In this document: positions 7,081-16,791 of the stretch, one piece after another
Layout: each line of letters opens with the position of its first letter
Numbering within the stretch: the first letter of the stretch is position 1
Virus record (IMG/VR): IMGVR_UViG_3300050500_000499
Source of the DNA: a virus
DNA: 48,915 nucleotides
Direction: 5' to 3' (one strand)
Program-made: the position numbers and the translations under genes
The notes under the pieces: generated by a model
Told to the model about the DNA's origin: nothing
Database searches by the model: none
What the model saw: only the letters and a program-made list of their open reading frames with translations

Positions 7081-9378
7081 ATGGCCTTCGCAAGTATTGG
7101 TGCTCTTGGCACTAATCAGAGCAAAACAGCTAATCAAACTAGTATCGTTTTGACGACGACTGCTGCTGCGTCGGCAGGTTCGCTCGTCGTCATCGTGGTT
7201 GCAGTCGATAACGATAATTCAGTCGATCCACCGGATGGTGCAAGTTTTGCTCGACTTCTTTCGGTTTCTGATAGTGGTGGGAATACTTGGACGACTGACG
7301 CTGTTGGTGGTGGCGGCACCTTTATGCAGGGTGCTATTGAAACCGGGTCGTCCTCGACGCAAGCGTGGGCAACGGTCGCAGTTGCCTATAGCGTTTTGAC
7401 GACTGGTATTGCTAATGGCGGTACTATCACTGCGAGCTTCAACACGGCGAACACCAGCCGTGATGCCTCTGCTATTCTTGCATGGAATTTCTCAATAGGG
7501 GCTGGCAACACTGTTTCTGATGACGGCATGGCAACTGGTGTTTCTGCCACAGGCGCCATTGCGCCAATAGATGTTACCACTAGCGCGACCGAGCATCTTC
7601 GCTTTGTTGGGTGCGCGCAAGAGTCAAATACTACTACGGCGTGGACACCCACGACCAACTTCACGAATATGCCCGGCAATCAAACGAGCGGCGGTGGTTC
7701 TAACGCTAACATGGGCGTTCGTGGTGAGTTCCGTATTGCCAGTGTCACCAGTGCGACCACAGCGCCGAATCCTTCTGGTTCCAATGGTGACAACTCAGCT
7801 ATTTATATTGCATTTAAGGAAGTGACTGGCCCGGCCACTGGGGCTGGAGCTAGTAGTGGTACTTGTACTGTTACTGGTGTCGGACAGAGTCGTGTTCCAG
7901 TTCCCGGCTCTGTGGTTGGGACCTGCGTAGTTAGTGGCGTTGGAGCTTCAAGGACGACGGCAATAGGAAGTGCCGCTGGCACATGCACTGTTACTGGTGT
8001 TATTCGTGCCTTTATATTCTCTGTGGGATCGGCTGCCGGAACGTGCACAGTTACAGGAATCGGAGTATCGAATACTGCGGTCGTAGGGTCGGCCGCAGGG
8101 ACGTGTACTGTTACTGGTGTCAGCCAGTCGCTGGCGCAGGCCGCAGGAAGCGCGAGTGGGACTTGCACTGTTACCGGCGTCAGTCAGAGCTTAGCACAGG
8201 CCGTCGGAAATGCGGCGGGCAGCGGCACTGCGACAGGAATCGGGGCCTCCACAGTTCCTGCTGTTGGCTCTGCTGCTGGAACGTGTACGGTTTCCGGAAC
8301 TATTCTGGCGATAATCTTCGCTGTTGGGTCTGCGGCCGGAACTTGCGTGGTAACGGGAATTGCGCCGCAAGGCGCGAGCGAGGGCGCAGGCAGCGCAGCC
8401 GGGACATGTACTGTTACCGGAATTGGCGTTAGCACAACGGCAGTTCCAGGATCGGCTACGGGAACGTGCACAGTTACTGGAATTGGTGTTTCTACTGTCG
8501 CTGCGGTCGGATCGGCTGCGGGGACCTGCACCGTCAATGGTGTTGGGACTGGTTATTATTTCGTTGTCGGCTCGACTGCTGGCTCCTGCACTGTTACTGG
8601 AATCGGAGTCTCGACTGTCACGGCTGTGGGCTCTGCGGCAGGGACATGCACTGTAACAGGAATCGGGGCGGCACGAACGGCTGTTGTCGGCTCGACTGCG
8701 GGAACTTGCACGGTAACGGGAATTGGTGTTTCGACGGTTCCGGTTGTCGGAAATGCGGCCGGCACGAGCACAGTGACGGGAATTGCGTTCGAGCAAAATT
8801 CGGGGGCGGGCAGCGCTGCGGGAACCAGTACGGTTACTGGAATCGGAGTGTCGCGCGCCGCCGTGCCGGGGTCAGCGGCCGGAACCTGCACGGTAAGCGG
8901 CATTGGTTCCTCCTCGACGCAAGCCGTCGGTTCCGCCGCTGGCACTTGCATTGTGACTGGCGTCAGTGTTTCGCGCACGACCGCCGTTGGCAGTGCAACA
9001 GGAACTTGTACGGTTACTGGAATCGGGGTCAGTCGCACGACTGCTATTGGTTCCGCAGCTGGAACGTGCACCGCCACTGGAATTGGTGCAAGCACTGTTC
9101 CGGTGGTCGGCAATGCGGCGGGTTCCTGTATCGTAACGGGTGTCGGGCTCACGATTGGTGGGGCGACAGAGACTACGGGCAGCGCCGCGGGAACCTGCAC
9201 GGTGACTGGCGTCGGGATGTCCACAGTACCGGTGGTCGGGAATGCGAGCGGTAGCTGCACGGTAACGGGAATTATTGTGGATGCGAATGCTCCGGCTGGC
9301 AACACGGGGTTGGCGGGCAGTCATGGCCACTTCTTCATCACGATGGGAAAAATGGGATGGATCAAAAAGGCGGCCTAG
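7081..9378 (+). CDS. Repeat-rich putative virion fiber or decoration protein, 765 aa.
   Basis: GAGGGA RBS. An S/T/N-rich N-terminal domain of 255 aa is followed by 24 tandem units of about 20 aa (consensus GSAAGTCTVTGIGVSTVPVV) and a 26-aa tail. The reverse ORFs across this region are shadows. Confidence 0.8.
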   Translation: MAFASIGALGTNQSKTANQTSIVLTTTAAASAGSLVVIVVAVDNDNSVDPPDGASFARLLSVSDSGGNTWTTDAVGGGGTFMQGAIETGSSSTQAWATVAVAYSVLTTGIANGGTITASFNTANTSRDASAILAWNFSIGAGNTVSDDGMATGVSATGAIAPIDVTTSATEHLRFVGCAQESNTTTAWTPTTNFTNMPGNQTSGGGSNANMGVRGEFRIASVTSATTAPNPSGSNGDNSAIYIAFKEVTGPATGAGASSGTCTVTGVGQSRVPVPGSVVGTCVVSGVGASRTTAIGSAAGTCTVTGVIRAFIFSVGSAAGTCTVTGIGVSNTAVVGSAAGTCTVTGVSQSLAQAAGSASGTCTVTGVSQSLAQAVGNAAGSGTATGIGASTVPAVGSAAGTCTVSGTILAIIFAVGSAAGTCVVTGIAPQGASEGAGSAAGTCTVTGIGVSTTAVPGSATGTCTVTGIGVSTVAAVGSAAGTCTVNGVGTGYYFVVGSTAGSCTVTGIGVSTVTAVGSAAGTCTVTGIGAARTAVVGSTAGTCTVTGIGVSTVPVVGNAAGTSTVTGIAFEQNSGAGSAAGTSTVTGIGVSRAAVPGSAAGTCTVSGIGSSSTQAVGSAAGTCIVTGVSVSRTTAVGSATGTCTVTGIGVSRTTAIGSAAGTCTATGIGASTVPVVGNAAGSCIVTGVGLTIGGATETTGSAAGTCTVTGVGMSTVPVVGNASGSCTVTGIIVDANAPAGNTGLAGSHGHFFITMGKMGWIKKAA
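7846..9297 (+). repeat. In-frame tandem array with a period of about 60 bp, 24 units.
   Basis: Units counted from the translation (aa 256-739). Twenty-one of 24 units keep the Cys. Codons differ between units at wobble positions (for example ggaagtgccgctggcacatgcact versus ggatcggctgccggaacgtgcaca). Confidence 0.85.
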
Positions 9379-10919
9379 CCGGAGCGAAAGCTGAGGTGCA
9401 AGGAGTCAGAGTTTCGCTTGCGGAACTGGTGAAGCTCTGCGCCGTCGATGATGATTTGTTCGCGCGTACCTTTTTCCCGCAGGCGACAAGGCAGAAAAGT
9501 CCGAAAATGCACGCGGCGGTCGATGGACTGCTGAATGATCCGAAGTCGAGGCTGCTCAATGTCATCCTCCCACGAGATTTTGCCAAAACGACCAAGCTTC
9601 GAATGTTTGCGGCCAAAAGGATTGCGTATGGGTTGTCGCGAACTATCCTCTATGTGGCGGCGAGCGAAATTAAGGCTACACAAAATATTCAATGGTTGCG
9701 GAATCGGCTTGAGGAAAAATTGGGCGCGGATGGCAAGAGGACGAAGCCACTATTGGCTTCCGTGTATGGACTCGATAAAGGGAAAAAGTGGACGGAAACG
9801 GAGCTGGAAATCCAGCATCGGTTGCTTGCGCATCCTATCTGGGTCTTGGGTGTGGGTATTACTAGTGACAGTATCCGTGGTATTAATTTCGATGATTATC
9901 GGCCTGATCTTATAATTCTCGACGATGTGCTCACGGATGAAAATGCTGCGAGCAAGGAGCAGAGGGAGAAAATAAATGCCCTCATTATGGGTGCGGTCAA
10001 AAACTCTTTGGCGCCTATCGCGGACGATGCAAACGCAAAAATTGTCGCCCTTAACACCCCCCAGCATAGTGACGATTTTGTTGCACGTGCAGAAAAGGAT
10101 ACGGAGTGGAAAACTGCGCGATACTCGTGTTGGACCAAGGAAACGGAAAGCTTGCCTACAGAATTCCAGGTTTCGGCGTGGCCCGAACGACATCCCACGG
10201 AACAACTTCGTCGTGAGAAGCTGGCAGCTGTTTCTGCGAACCGCCTCTCAATCTTTATTCGTGAAAAGGAGTGTAAGGTTGTCGCACGCGAAACCTGTAT
10301 GTTTTTGCCGGAATGGCTCCAATTCTATTCTGAAGCACCGGCGAGCGGTATCACGGTCTTGGCAATTGATCCTGTTCCGCCGCCGACTCCAGGCATGGAA
10401 AAGCGGAGGGAGTTATCTACCGATTTCGAGGCTCAAGGTGTTTGGCGCCGGTACGGAGATAAATTCTATCTTCTCGAAATGAGCTTGATGCGAGGGCATC
10501 AGCCGAATTTCACGGCGAGCAAATTTTTTGAATTGGCGATGCGATGGAGGATAAATTGGGCGATAATCGAAAGCGTGGCGGCGCAAAAGTATTTGAAATA
10601 CATTCTGGAACAGGAAATGATTCGGCGGAAACAGTGGTTCAACATTCAACTGTTCGAGGATATTCGGTCGAAAACAGTGAGGATAAACAGCATCCTGTCC
10701 GGCCCCGCGTCGAATGGCCGTCTGTTTGTTCGAGCAGAGCACGCGGAGCTGATCCAGCAGTTCACAGATTACCCTAACGTTGAGCACGACGACGCTCTCG
10801 ACATGGCGGCGATTGGGGTTTCGAGTCTTTTGAAGCCGTGGATGGATTCGATGGACGATAAAGGGTTCATCGATAATAGCACTGTTCCGAAACTCCGACT
10901 CGTGAGGGGATGTCCATGA
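9357..10919 (+). CDS. terL: Terminase large subunit, 520 aa.
   Basis: ILPRDFAKTT is Walker A-like. DLIILDDVLTDE is Walker B. The nuclease half carries LAIDPV and HDDALDMAAIG. Confidence 0.85.
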   Translation: MDQKGGLAGAKAEVQGVRVSLAELVKLCAVDDDLFARTFFPQATRQKSPKMHAAVDGLLNDPKSRLLNVILPRDFAKTTKLRMFAAKRIAYGLSRTILYVAASEIKATQNIQWLRNRLEEKLGADGKRTKPLLASVYGLDKGKKWTETELEIQHRLLAHPIWVLGVGITSDSIRGINFDDYRPDLIILDDVLTDENAASKEQREKINALIMGAVKNSLAPIADDANAKIVALNTPQHSDDFVARAEKDTEWKTARYSCWTKETESLPTEFQVSAWPERHPTEQLRREKLAAVSANRLSIFIREKECKVVARETCMFLPEWLQFYSEAPASGITVLAIDPVPPPTPGMEKRRELSTDFEAQGVWRRYGDKFYLLEMSLMRGHQPNFTASKFFELAMRWRINWAIIESVAAQKYLKYILEQEMIRRKQWFNIQLFEDIRSKTVRINSILSGPASNGRLFVRAEHAELIQQFTDYPNVEHDDALDMAAIGVSSLLKPWMDSMDDKGFIDNSTVPKLRLVRGCP

Positions 10920-12832
10920 CCACGCGCAAAATTGCGAAGGGCTCGCCGCTTCATCATTCGATTGCGGGAAAGCTCGAGGATAGGATCAAGTTCGGGTTGA
11001 GGGTGCAAACGCAATTCCATGATGTTTGGCAAAAGGCCGAGGACGCGGCGCTGGCCTATTTGCCGGAGCAGGAAATGGATGCACTCCGACGTAATGATCG
11101 GGAGCGGGGGCAGCCGCGCTACACGACGATTCAGATTCCTTATAGCTATGCGCTGCTAATGACGGCGCATACCTACTGGACCAGTGTTTTCTTCGCTCGG
11201 ACTCCTATTCACCAGTTTGCGGGGCGGCATGGGGAGGCGGAGCAAAAGGTCCAGGCGATGGAGGCACTGATTTCGTATCAGTGTGAAGTGGGGGAAATGA
11301 TGGCCCCTTACTATATCTGGCTCTATGATGTGGGCAAGTATGGGGTCGGGATTTTAGGAAACTATTGGTGCGAGGAGACGGTACAGTATGGGCAGCTCGA
11401 GGAAATTGTCGACCCGGTCCAAGGGAAAACACAAAAGCTCCAGGCTTCCATTCAAGTTCCTGGATATAAGGGGAATAAAATCTATAATGTTGCCCCTTTC
11501 GACTTCATCCACGATGGACATTTTCCTGTTGGCCGTTTCCAGGAAGGGGAGTTCTGTGGCGTTCGCAAAGTCATGGGATGGAACGAGGTCGTCCGCAGAA
11601 AAAATCAGGGATATTATATCGAGGAGAATTGTCGTTTTCTCAAAAAAGCGAACACCCCGCCGAAATCGCCGTCGAGCGCCCTGATTCGGCCCGAAACGGC
11701 GGGAACGTTTTCCGATGATAAATCGGACCATCCGTCGAGTGTGGAGGTGTGGGAAATCTACGTCGATCTGATCCAGGAGGAGTGGGAGCTAGGACCGAGC
11801 AAATATCCGGAAAAGTGGGTTTTCACGATTAGCAGTGATTATAGCGTGCTCCTTGGCGCCCAACCTCTGGGCGCCATTCATGGGAAATTCCCATTCTCTG
11901 TGGCGGAGTCGGAGGTCGAGGGCTATGGAATATATAATCGGGGAATTCCAGAAATCATCCGACCAGTCCAAAATACAATGGACTGGCTACTCAACACTCA
12001 CTTTTTCAATGTCAGAGCTGCACTCAATAATCAGTTCCTTGTCGACCCCTCCAAAGTTATTATTGAGGATGCTGAGGACGGGGGGCCGGGGTTCATTTAT
12101 CGTCTGCGACCGGAAGCGTATGGTTCTGATGTGCGGACTTTCTTCCATCAAATTCCGGTCCAGGATATGACGCAGGCGCACGTCGGTGATACGAATATGA
12201 TGTTCGGGATCGGCGAGCGCGTGATGGGAATCAATGATCAAATGTTCGGAGCGATGACGACCGGAGGAAGGAAAACAGCAACGGAGGTGCGGACGAGCAC
12301 CGGCTTCGGGGTGAATAGGCAGAAAACGCAATGCGAATACATGTCTGCTGCCTCCTTTGCGCCGCATGCGCAAATGTTGGTCCAGCAAACGCAGCAGTGG
12401 TACGACGCGCCGCAAGTTCTAAAGGTGGTCGGGGATCTGGCGATGCAGGCGGGGCCGAACTTCATGCAGGTGACGCCGGATCAGATTGCAGGGTTCTATG
12501 ATTATGTGCCAGTCGATGGAACACTCCCGGTCGATCGGATGGCGATGGCGAACATGTGGCTCTCGATCATGAATCAGTTGAGGGCGTATCCGAACTTGTT
12601 GATGCAGTTCGACATTGCTCGCATCTTCACACATATTGCTGGATTGACTGGGGTGAGGAATATCAATCAGTTCCGGGTACAAACGGCAGATGCGGGGATG
12701 TTGCAAATGGCGGCGCAGCAAGGGAATGTTGTGCCGCTGCGGCCTCCGGGAATGAGTCCGCAGGGCGGCGGCGCTCCGGCTCCAACGCCGCCGAGTCCGA
12801 GTAATGGTGGGGGCGAAAGTGGAGGTTATTGA
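10910..12832 (+). CDS. Portal protein, 640 aa.
   Basis: Lies directly downstream of terL, overlapping it. Size is typical, and the tail is Gly/Pro-rich. An alternative ATG at 10916 has better RBS spacing. Confidence 0.7.
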   Translation: MSMTTRKIAKGSPLHHSIAGKLEDRIKFGLRVQTQFHDVWQKAEDAALAYLPEQEMDALRRNDRERGQPRYTTIQIPYSYALLMTAHTYWTSVFFARTPIHQFAGRHGEAEQKVQAMEALISYQCEVGEMMAPYYIWLYDVGKYGVGILGNYWCEETVQYGQLEEIVDPVQGKTQKLQASIQVPGYKGNKIYNVAPFDFIHDGHFPVGRFQEGEFCGVRKVMGWNEVVRRKNQGYYIEENCRFLKKANTPPKSPSSALIRPETAGTFSDDKSDHPSSVEVWEIYVDLIQEEWELGPSKYPEKWVFTISSDYSVLLGAQPLGAIHGKFPFSVAESEVEGYGIYNRGIPEIIRPVQNTMDWLLNTHFFNVRAALNNQFLVDPSKVIIEDAEDGGPGFIYRLRPEAYGSDVRTFFHQIPVQDMTQAHVGDTNMMFGIGERVMGINDQMFGAMTTGGRKTATEVRTSTGFGVNRQKTQCEYMSAASFAPHAQMLVQQTQQWYDAPQVLKVVGDLAMQAGPNFMQVTPDQIAGFYDYVPVDGTLPVDRMAMANMWLSIMNQLRAYPNLLMQFDIARIFTHIAGLTGVRNINQFRVQTADAGMLQMAAQQGNVVPLRPPGMSPQGGGAPAPTPPSPSNGGGESGGY

Positions 12833-13128
12833 TGGCGAAAGCGCCGTTGACGAAGGATGATCGGGAGCATTTGCGGTGGGCGAGGGAGTTCGAAAATCTG
12901 CATCTGCATCCGGGGTGGAAGCTCTATGTGCATCTGCTGAATGAACATATAAAGCAAAAGGAAGAGGAGTGTATGAAGCCGGCGGGAAGTGTGGATGAGG
13001 CGATGAGGCAAAACGCCGCGAAAGGGGCCGTTTTGATGGGCCGTTTAGCACGGGACATAACTTCTGGCATCATAGCAGTTGCAAGGGATCTCAGGAACAC
13101 GAAGCTCGAGGAAAATGAGGTGGCTTAA
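12832..13128 (+). CDS. Hypothetical head-module protein, 98 aa.
   Basis: ATG at 12832 is 6 nt after GGAGG and overlaps the portal TGA (TGATG). The track start at 12829 is a TTG. Confidence 0.55.
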   Translation: MAKAPLTKDDREHLRWAREFENLHLHPGWKLYVHLLNEHIKQKEEECMKPAGSVDEAMRQNAAKGAVLMGRLARDITSGIIAVARDLRNTKLEENEVA

Positions 13129-14180
13129 TGTTGCGTTGGCAGGAAAAATTCCTTCCGCTTCGTGCCCCGGATGCAGAGGCCGGTGCGGCAGCACCTAGTT
13201 CTGGTTCGGGAGGTGCGGGGAGCGGCGGCGCGGGGAATGGAGCAAGTCCTCCCGGTGCGACAAGCCCTGACTCTGCGCCGTCGACTCCGCAACCGGTCGA
13301 GCCGAGCCGCGTCAGTGGCGAAACGGGGGATGATCGGCCGAAGGCGAATTTCGATTTTGCAGGCCTCTCACTCGATTACGAGGATGAGGTCGAGGTACCA
13401 GTTTCTGCTGAACCTTCTACGGGGAAGGGTCCGCAGGAGGCGCAACCGCATCAGGAACCTGGACAGGCAGTAAAGCCGCCCTCGGAGCAGACCACGGCTC
13501 CGTCGCCGGCCGAGCCGCCGGTCCAGGCTCCGCCAGCGACGCAGGAGCAGGAGGTAAAGCCTCCGCAGGCCGGTCAAGGGTCTGGTTCTCCTCCGGCCTC
13601 GCTTCAGGATACGTTGCGCGGGCTCGAGAATCCAGAAACTGCGAAGGCGGTGAAAACTTGGCTTTCGCAGAATATGTATTTGTTGAGCGAAGAGGAAAAA
13701 ACGGCGCTTGACACGGATGCGGTAGCGGCCATTCCAGGGCTGCTTTCCAGGGTCCATTTTGAGTCTGCCAAGAATGCGATGAATCTCATCAATAGCCTGG
13801 TGCCGCAAATGGTCCAGGATGGGGTGCAGCGCGTGCTGGCGGGGCAAACCAGGGCGAACGAGGCGATGACGGAGTTCTTCGCTGCGTGGCCTGGTTTGAA
13901 TCAAAGGGACCACGGCCCGCTCGTAGATCAGTTTGCGCGAATGTACCGGTCGGCGAATCCGAAGGCGTCCAGGCAGGATGCGATCAAGTTCGTCGGTGCG
14001 GCCATTCACGCGCACTTGGGCTTGTTGCCGCAACAGGCGGCAGCGCCGAAGCAAAATGGGGCCACGCCGCCCCGCCCTCAGCCGTTTGCTCCAGCCCGTC
14101 CCGGAGCGCGGCAGCCGATGTCGACAGTTGTGGAGGAAAGCCCGTGGGCTGGCCTTGGACAAAACTTCGACGATGAATAA
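13128..14180 (+). CDS. Putative scaffolding protein, 350 aa.
   Basis: Lies between portal and capsid. The N-terminal half is P/A/S/G/Q low-complexity and the C-terminal half is helical. TAATG overlap with the upstream gene. Confidence 0.5.
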   Translation: MLRWQEKFLPLRAPDAEAGAAAPSSGSGGAGSGGAGNGASPPGATSPDSAPSTPQPVEPSRVSGETGDDRPKANFDFAGLSLDYEDEVEVPVSAEPSTGKGPQEAQPHQEPGQAVKPPSEQTTAPSPAEPPVQAPPATQEQEVKPPQAGQGSGSPPASLQDTLRGLENPETAKAVKTWLSQNMYLLSEEEKTALDTDAVAAIPGLLSRVHFESAKNAMNLINSLVPQMVQDGVQRVLAGQTRANEAMTEFFAAWPGLNQRDHGPLVDQFARMYRSANPKASRQDAIKFVGAAIHAHLGLLPQQAAAPKQNGATPPRPQPFAPARPGARQPMSTVVEESPWAGLGQNFDDE

Positions 14181-14205
14181 CACCGCAACCAAATGAGGTT
14201 CGAAA

Positions 14206-15450
14206 ATGAGCGGTGTAGCTGGACTGCGCGGGACGGGCGATTGGGGAACCGATGAGCGTCCGAAAGATTTCCGCGAAAGCATTCTGTTCTTCTCGCCGCA
14301 AGGCGATTCGCCGATTTTTGCCCTGACAGGCAAGGCGGGCAAAAAGACGGTCACGGATCCGGAGTTCTCGTGGTGGGCGGAAAGCCAGAATCTGATTCGC
14401 CTCACCAATAGCGTGGCATTGACGTCCACGGATCTGACGGTCACGCTCGCGGCGTCGTCGATCGATCCGACGGCCACGCAGATGGCGAATCTCTACGGTA
14501 CTGCAACGCACCTCAAGCACGGCGACATTCTCATGGTCGAGCCGGCGACGGACAGCTCGACGTTCGCCCCGGAGATGCTCGAGGTCGATCTGGTGAACTC
14601 GGATTCGAGCTTCACCGTTCGACGTGGGGCAGGTGGCTCGACGGCTACGGCTGTCAGCAGCACGGCCAGCTTCCTCTTGATCGGGTCAGCGTATGCGGAA
14701 GGCACGGCGGCGCCCCGAGCAACCAGCCGGAATCCGGTCAAGTTTTTCAACTACACGCAGATCTTCAAGAACACGTACGAGATCAGCGGAACGGCGGATG
14801 CGACGACGGCGCGGACGGGCAACGCCTGGTCGAACGACAAGAAGCGCAAAATGTTCGATCACGCGAAGGCGATCGAGCTGAGCATGCTGTTCGGGCAGCG
14901 CGCAGAAACCACTGATCCGGATAACGGGAAGCCGAAGCGGTTCATGGGCAGCCTGCGGACGTTCATTCCGGCGGCGAACACTACGGTGTTTTCGACGGCG
15001 GTCACGGCCGCCCTGTTCGCGGATGCTATTGCGCCTGCTTATAACTTCGACATGGGCGGCGGCGACACCCGGATCGGGTTCTGCGGGAACTTTGCTCGGA
15101 TCGAAATGGGCAAGGTGATCCAGGCCACGACCGGGATCAAGATGGAGCTTGGAAGCGTCATCAAGCTGTGGGGGCTGAATTTCCAGGAATTCATCATGCC
15201 CCAGGGTCGGCTCTTGCTCAAGTCTCATCCGCTGCTCTCACAGCACCCGCTCTACAAGAAGTCGTTGTGGGTGCTCGATTTCAGCGCCATCAAATATGTG
15301 GCGCTCAAGGGGCGCGACACCAGCACCAAGGACGACGTCCAGACGAAGGATGAGGATCTGCGGCGCGGTTTCGTGCAAACCGAGTGTTCGATCATGGTTG
15401 ACGGCGGTGGGCTGAGCTGCGCCTACGTCGGCAACATTTCGGCCACGTAA
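14206..15450 (+). CDS. Major capsid protein, HK97 fold, DUF5309/SU10-like type, 414 aa.
   Basis: ILFFSPQGDSPIFALTGKAGKKTVTDPEFSWWAE fits the N-terminal signature of that capsid family. Position is after the scaffold candidate, and a strong terminator lies downstream. Confidence 0.8.
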   Translation: MSGVAGLRGTGDWGTDERPKDFRESILFFSPQGDSPIFALTGKAGKKTVTDPEFSWWAESQNLIRLTNSVALTSTDLTVTLAASSIDPTATQMANLYGTATHLKHGDILMVEPATDSSTFAPEMLEVDLVNSDSSFTVRRGAGGSTATAVSSTASFLLIGSAYAEGTAAPRATSRNPVKFFNYTQIFKNTYEISGTADATTARTGNAWSNDKKRKMFDHAKAIELSMLFGQRAETTDPDNGKPKRFMGSLRTFIPAANTTVFSTAVTAALFADAIAPAYNFDMGGGDTRIGFCGNFARIEMGKVIQATTGIKMELGSVIKLWGLNFQEFIMPQGRLLLKSHPLLSQHPLYKKSLWVLDFSAIKYVALKGRDTSTKDDVQTKDEDLRRGFVQTECSIMVDGGGLSCAYVGNISAT

Positions 15451-15477
15451 TCTGGGCCGGGGAAAGGAGACACGGAA

Positions 15478-15744
15478 ATGAGGCAAAATCTCGAGGACCC
15501 CCGGCTTTCCGGAAACATCCGGATGCTGGGAACGGCCAGCTCCAGGGTTGGCTTCTTCGGAGCCGCGGCGTCGGGACAGCCGGCCAGCTCGAATCAGGGC
15601 GCGGTTGCGACCACGGCGGCGGCCAGCTTCACGGCGACGCAATGGGGCTATAGCACGAGCACTCAGGCGAATGCTATCGTCACGTTGGTCAATCAGCTTC
15701 GGGCCGACCTCGTCACGCTCGGCTTGATTAAGGGCAGTGCCTAA
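15478..15744 (+). CDS. Small head-associated protein, 88 aa.
   Basis: AAGGAG RBS. RVGFFGAAASGQP...LVNQLRADLVTLGLIKG matches a small protein commonly found just after phage capsid genes. Confidence 0.6.
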   Translation: MRQNLEDPRLSGNIRMLGTASSRVGFFGAAASGQPASSNQGAVATTAAASFTATQWGYSTSTQANAIVTLVNQLRADLVTLGLIKGSA

Positions 15745-15772
15745 TCCTTCCTGGGCGCTGTGCGTTCAACTT

Positions 15773-15808
15773 GGCAGGAGGGGCAAATCAGCTTCTCCTG
15801 CCCTTTTG
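15773..15808 (+). terminator. Rho-independent terminator after the capsid genes.
   Basis: ggcaggag-N14-ctcctgcc followed by cttttgg. Confidence 0.65.
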
Positions 15809-15821
15809 GTGGAGAGTCAAG

Positions 15822-16772
15822 GTGTCGAAAAAGCCTCGCACAGTTTTCATCGCAATTCCGAGTTATAGTCAAAAGGTCTCGATTGCGACGAGTCATTCGC
15901 TAATGAATGCGATTGGCGAGATTACGGCGCTAGGGGCGCAGATTCACGTCGAAACGCTGTGTAATGACGCGCTGGTGGCGAGGGCGCGCAATACGCTTTT
16001 TGCGATGGCTTTTGAACGCGAGTACGATGATCTGGTCTTTGTCGATGATGATTTGGGGTGGGAACAGGGTGCGATCAAGCGGTTGCTCCAGCATCCGGTC
16101 GAGTGCGTTGGGGGGCTGTATCCGATTCGGAGGGAGGGCGAGGAGTATTTGTTCCGTTGGGATGTGACCAAGGGGCAGGCGCAAATCGATCCGACGAATG
16201 GATTGCTCGAGGTGGATAGCATTCCGACGGGATTCTTGAGGTTGACCAAGTCTTGTATTCGGAAAATGATTGAGGCGTATAGCGCCAGGGAATACTTGGA
16301 TGATTCGAGGAATCCAAAAAGCGCTTGGGCGGTGTTCGATTGTATGTTTGTGCCTGGTGACGAGAATGATAAAAGGGGAAGGTATTGGGGCGAGGACTTC
16401 GTATTCTGTCAGCGGTGGCGGCATATCGGCGGTCGGGTATGGTGCGATCCTTGGCTTAAGTTTCGACATGTCGGGGAAAAGGCATTCATCGGGTGCTTTG
16501 GGACCTACAAGAAACGGGAATTGCTGGCTGTTCAAAAGAAGCAAAAATTGCTCGATGAAGGAGAAAAGCAGGGTCAATCCCCGATCCAGGCGGTGACTGG
16601 AGCGAATCTGCCTCCTGGCTACGCGGAGGCTCAGGCGCAAAAGCGGAAGGAGGTGGTTGATCGAGCGAACGGGAACGTTACCCAACAGGAAAGCACAACT
16701 GAAAACCAACAGAACGTGTTGATCCAACGGCCTCCAGGTTCGGCCGGTAATGGTGCGGGCCTGGAGGCTTAA
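15822..16772 (+). CDS. GT-A fold glycosyltransferase-like protein.
   Basis: FIAIPSY, ARARN, LVFVDDDL (DxD) and YWGEDFVFCQRW motifs. I prefer the GTG at 15822 (GGAGAG RBS) because the track TTG at 15771 lies inside the terminator hairpin. The C-terminal 90 aa are low-complexity. Confidence 0.65.
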   Translation: MSKKPRTVFIAIPSYSQKVSIATSHSLMNAIGEITALGAQIHVETLCNDALVARARNTLFAMAFEREYDDLVFVDDDLGWEQGAIKRLLQHPVECVGGLYPIRREGEEYLFRWDVTKGQAQIDPTNGLLEVDSIPTGFLRLTKSCIRKMIEAYSAREYLDDSRNPKSAWAVFDCMFVPGDENDKRGRYWGEDFVFCQRWRHIGGRVWCDPWLKFRHVGEKAFIGCFGTYKKRELLAVQKKQKLLDEGEKQGQSPIQAVTGANLPPGYAEAQAQKRKEVVDRANGNVTQQESTTENQQNVLIQRPPGSAGNGAGLEA

Positions 16773-16791
16773 AAAGGGAAGGGAAGCGGAA

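Noticed and set aside
7846-9297. The regular repeat of about 60 bp could be mistaken for a CRISPR array or a DGR variable or template region.
   Set aside because: The units are contiguous, with no unique spacers, and they stay in frame inside one long ORF that encodes a conserved peptide. No cas genes, reverse transcriptase or second repeat copy exist anywhere in the genome.
15771-15821. The TTG start at 15771 given by the ORF track for the first glycosyltransferase.
   Set aside because: This segment forms the terminator hairpin (15773-15808) that follows the capsid genes. The GTG at 15822 has a GGAGAG RBS, and the product then begins just before the conserved FIAIPSY strand.
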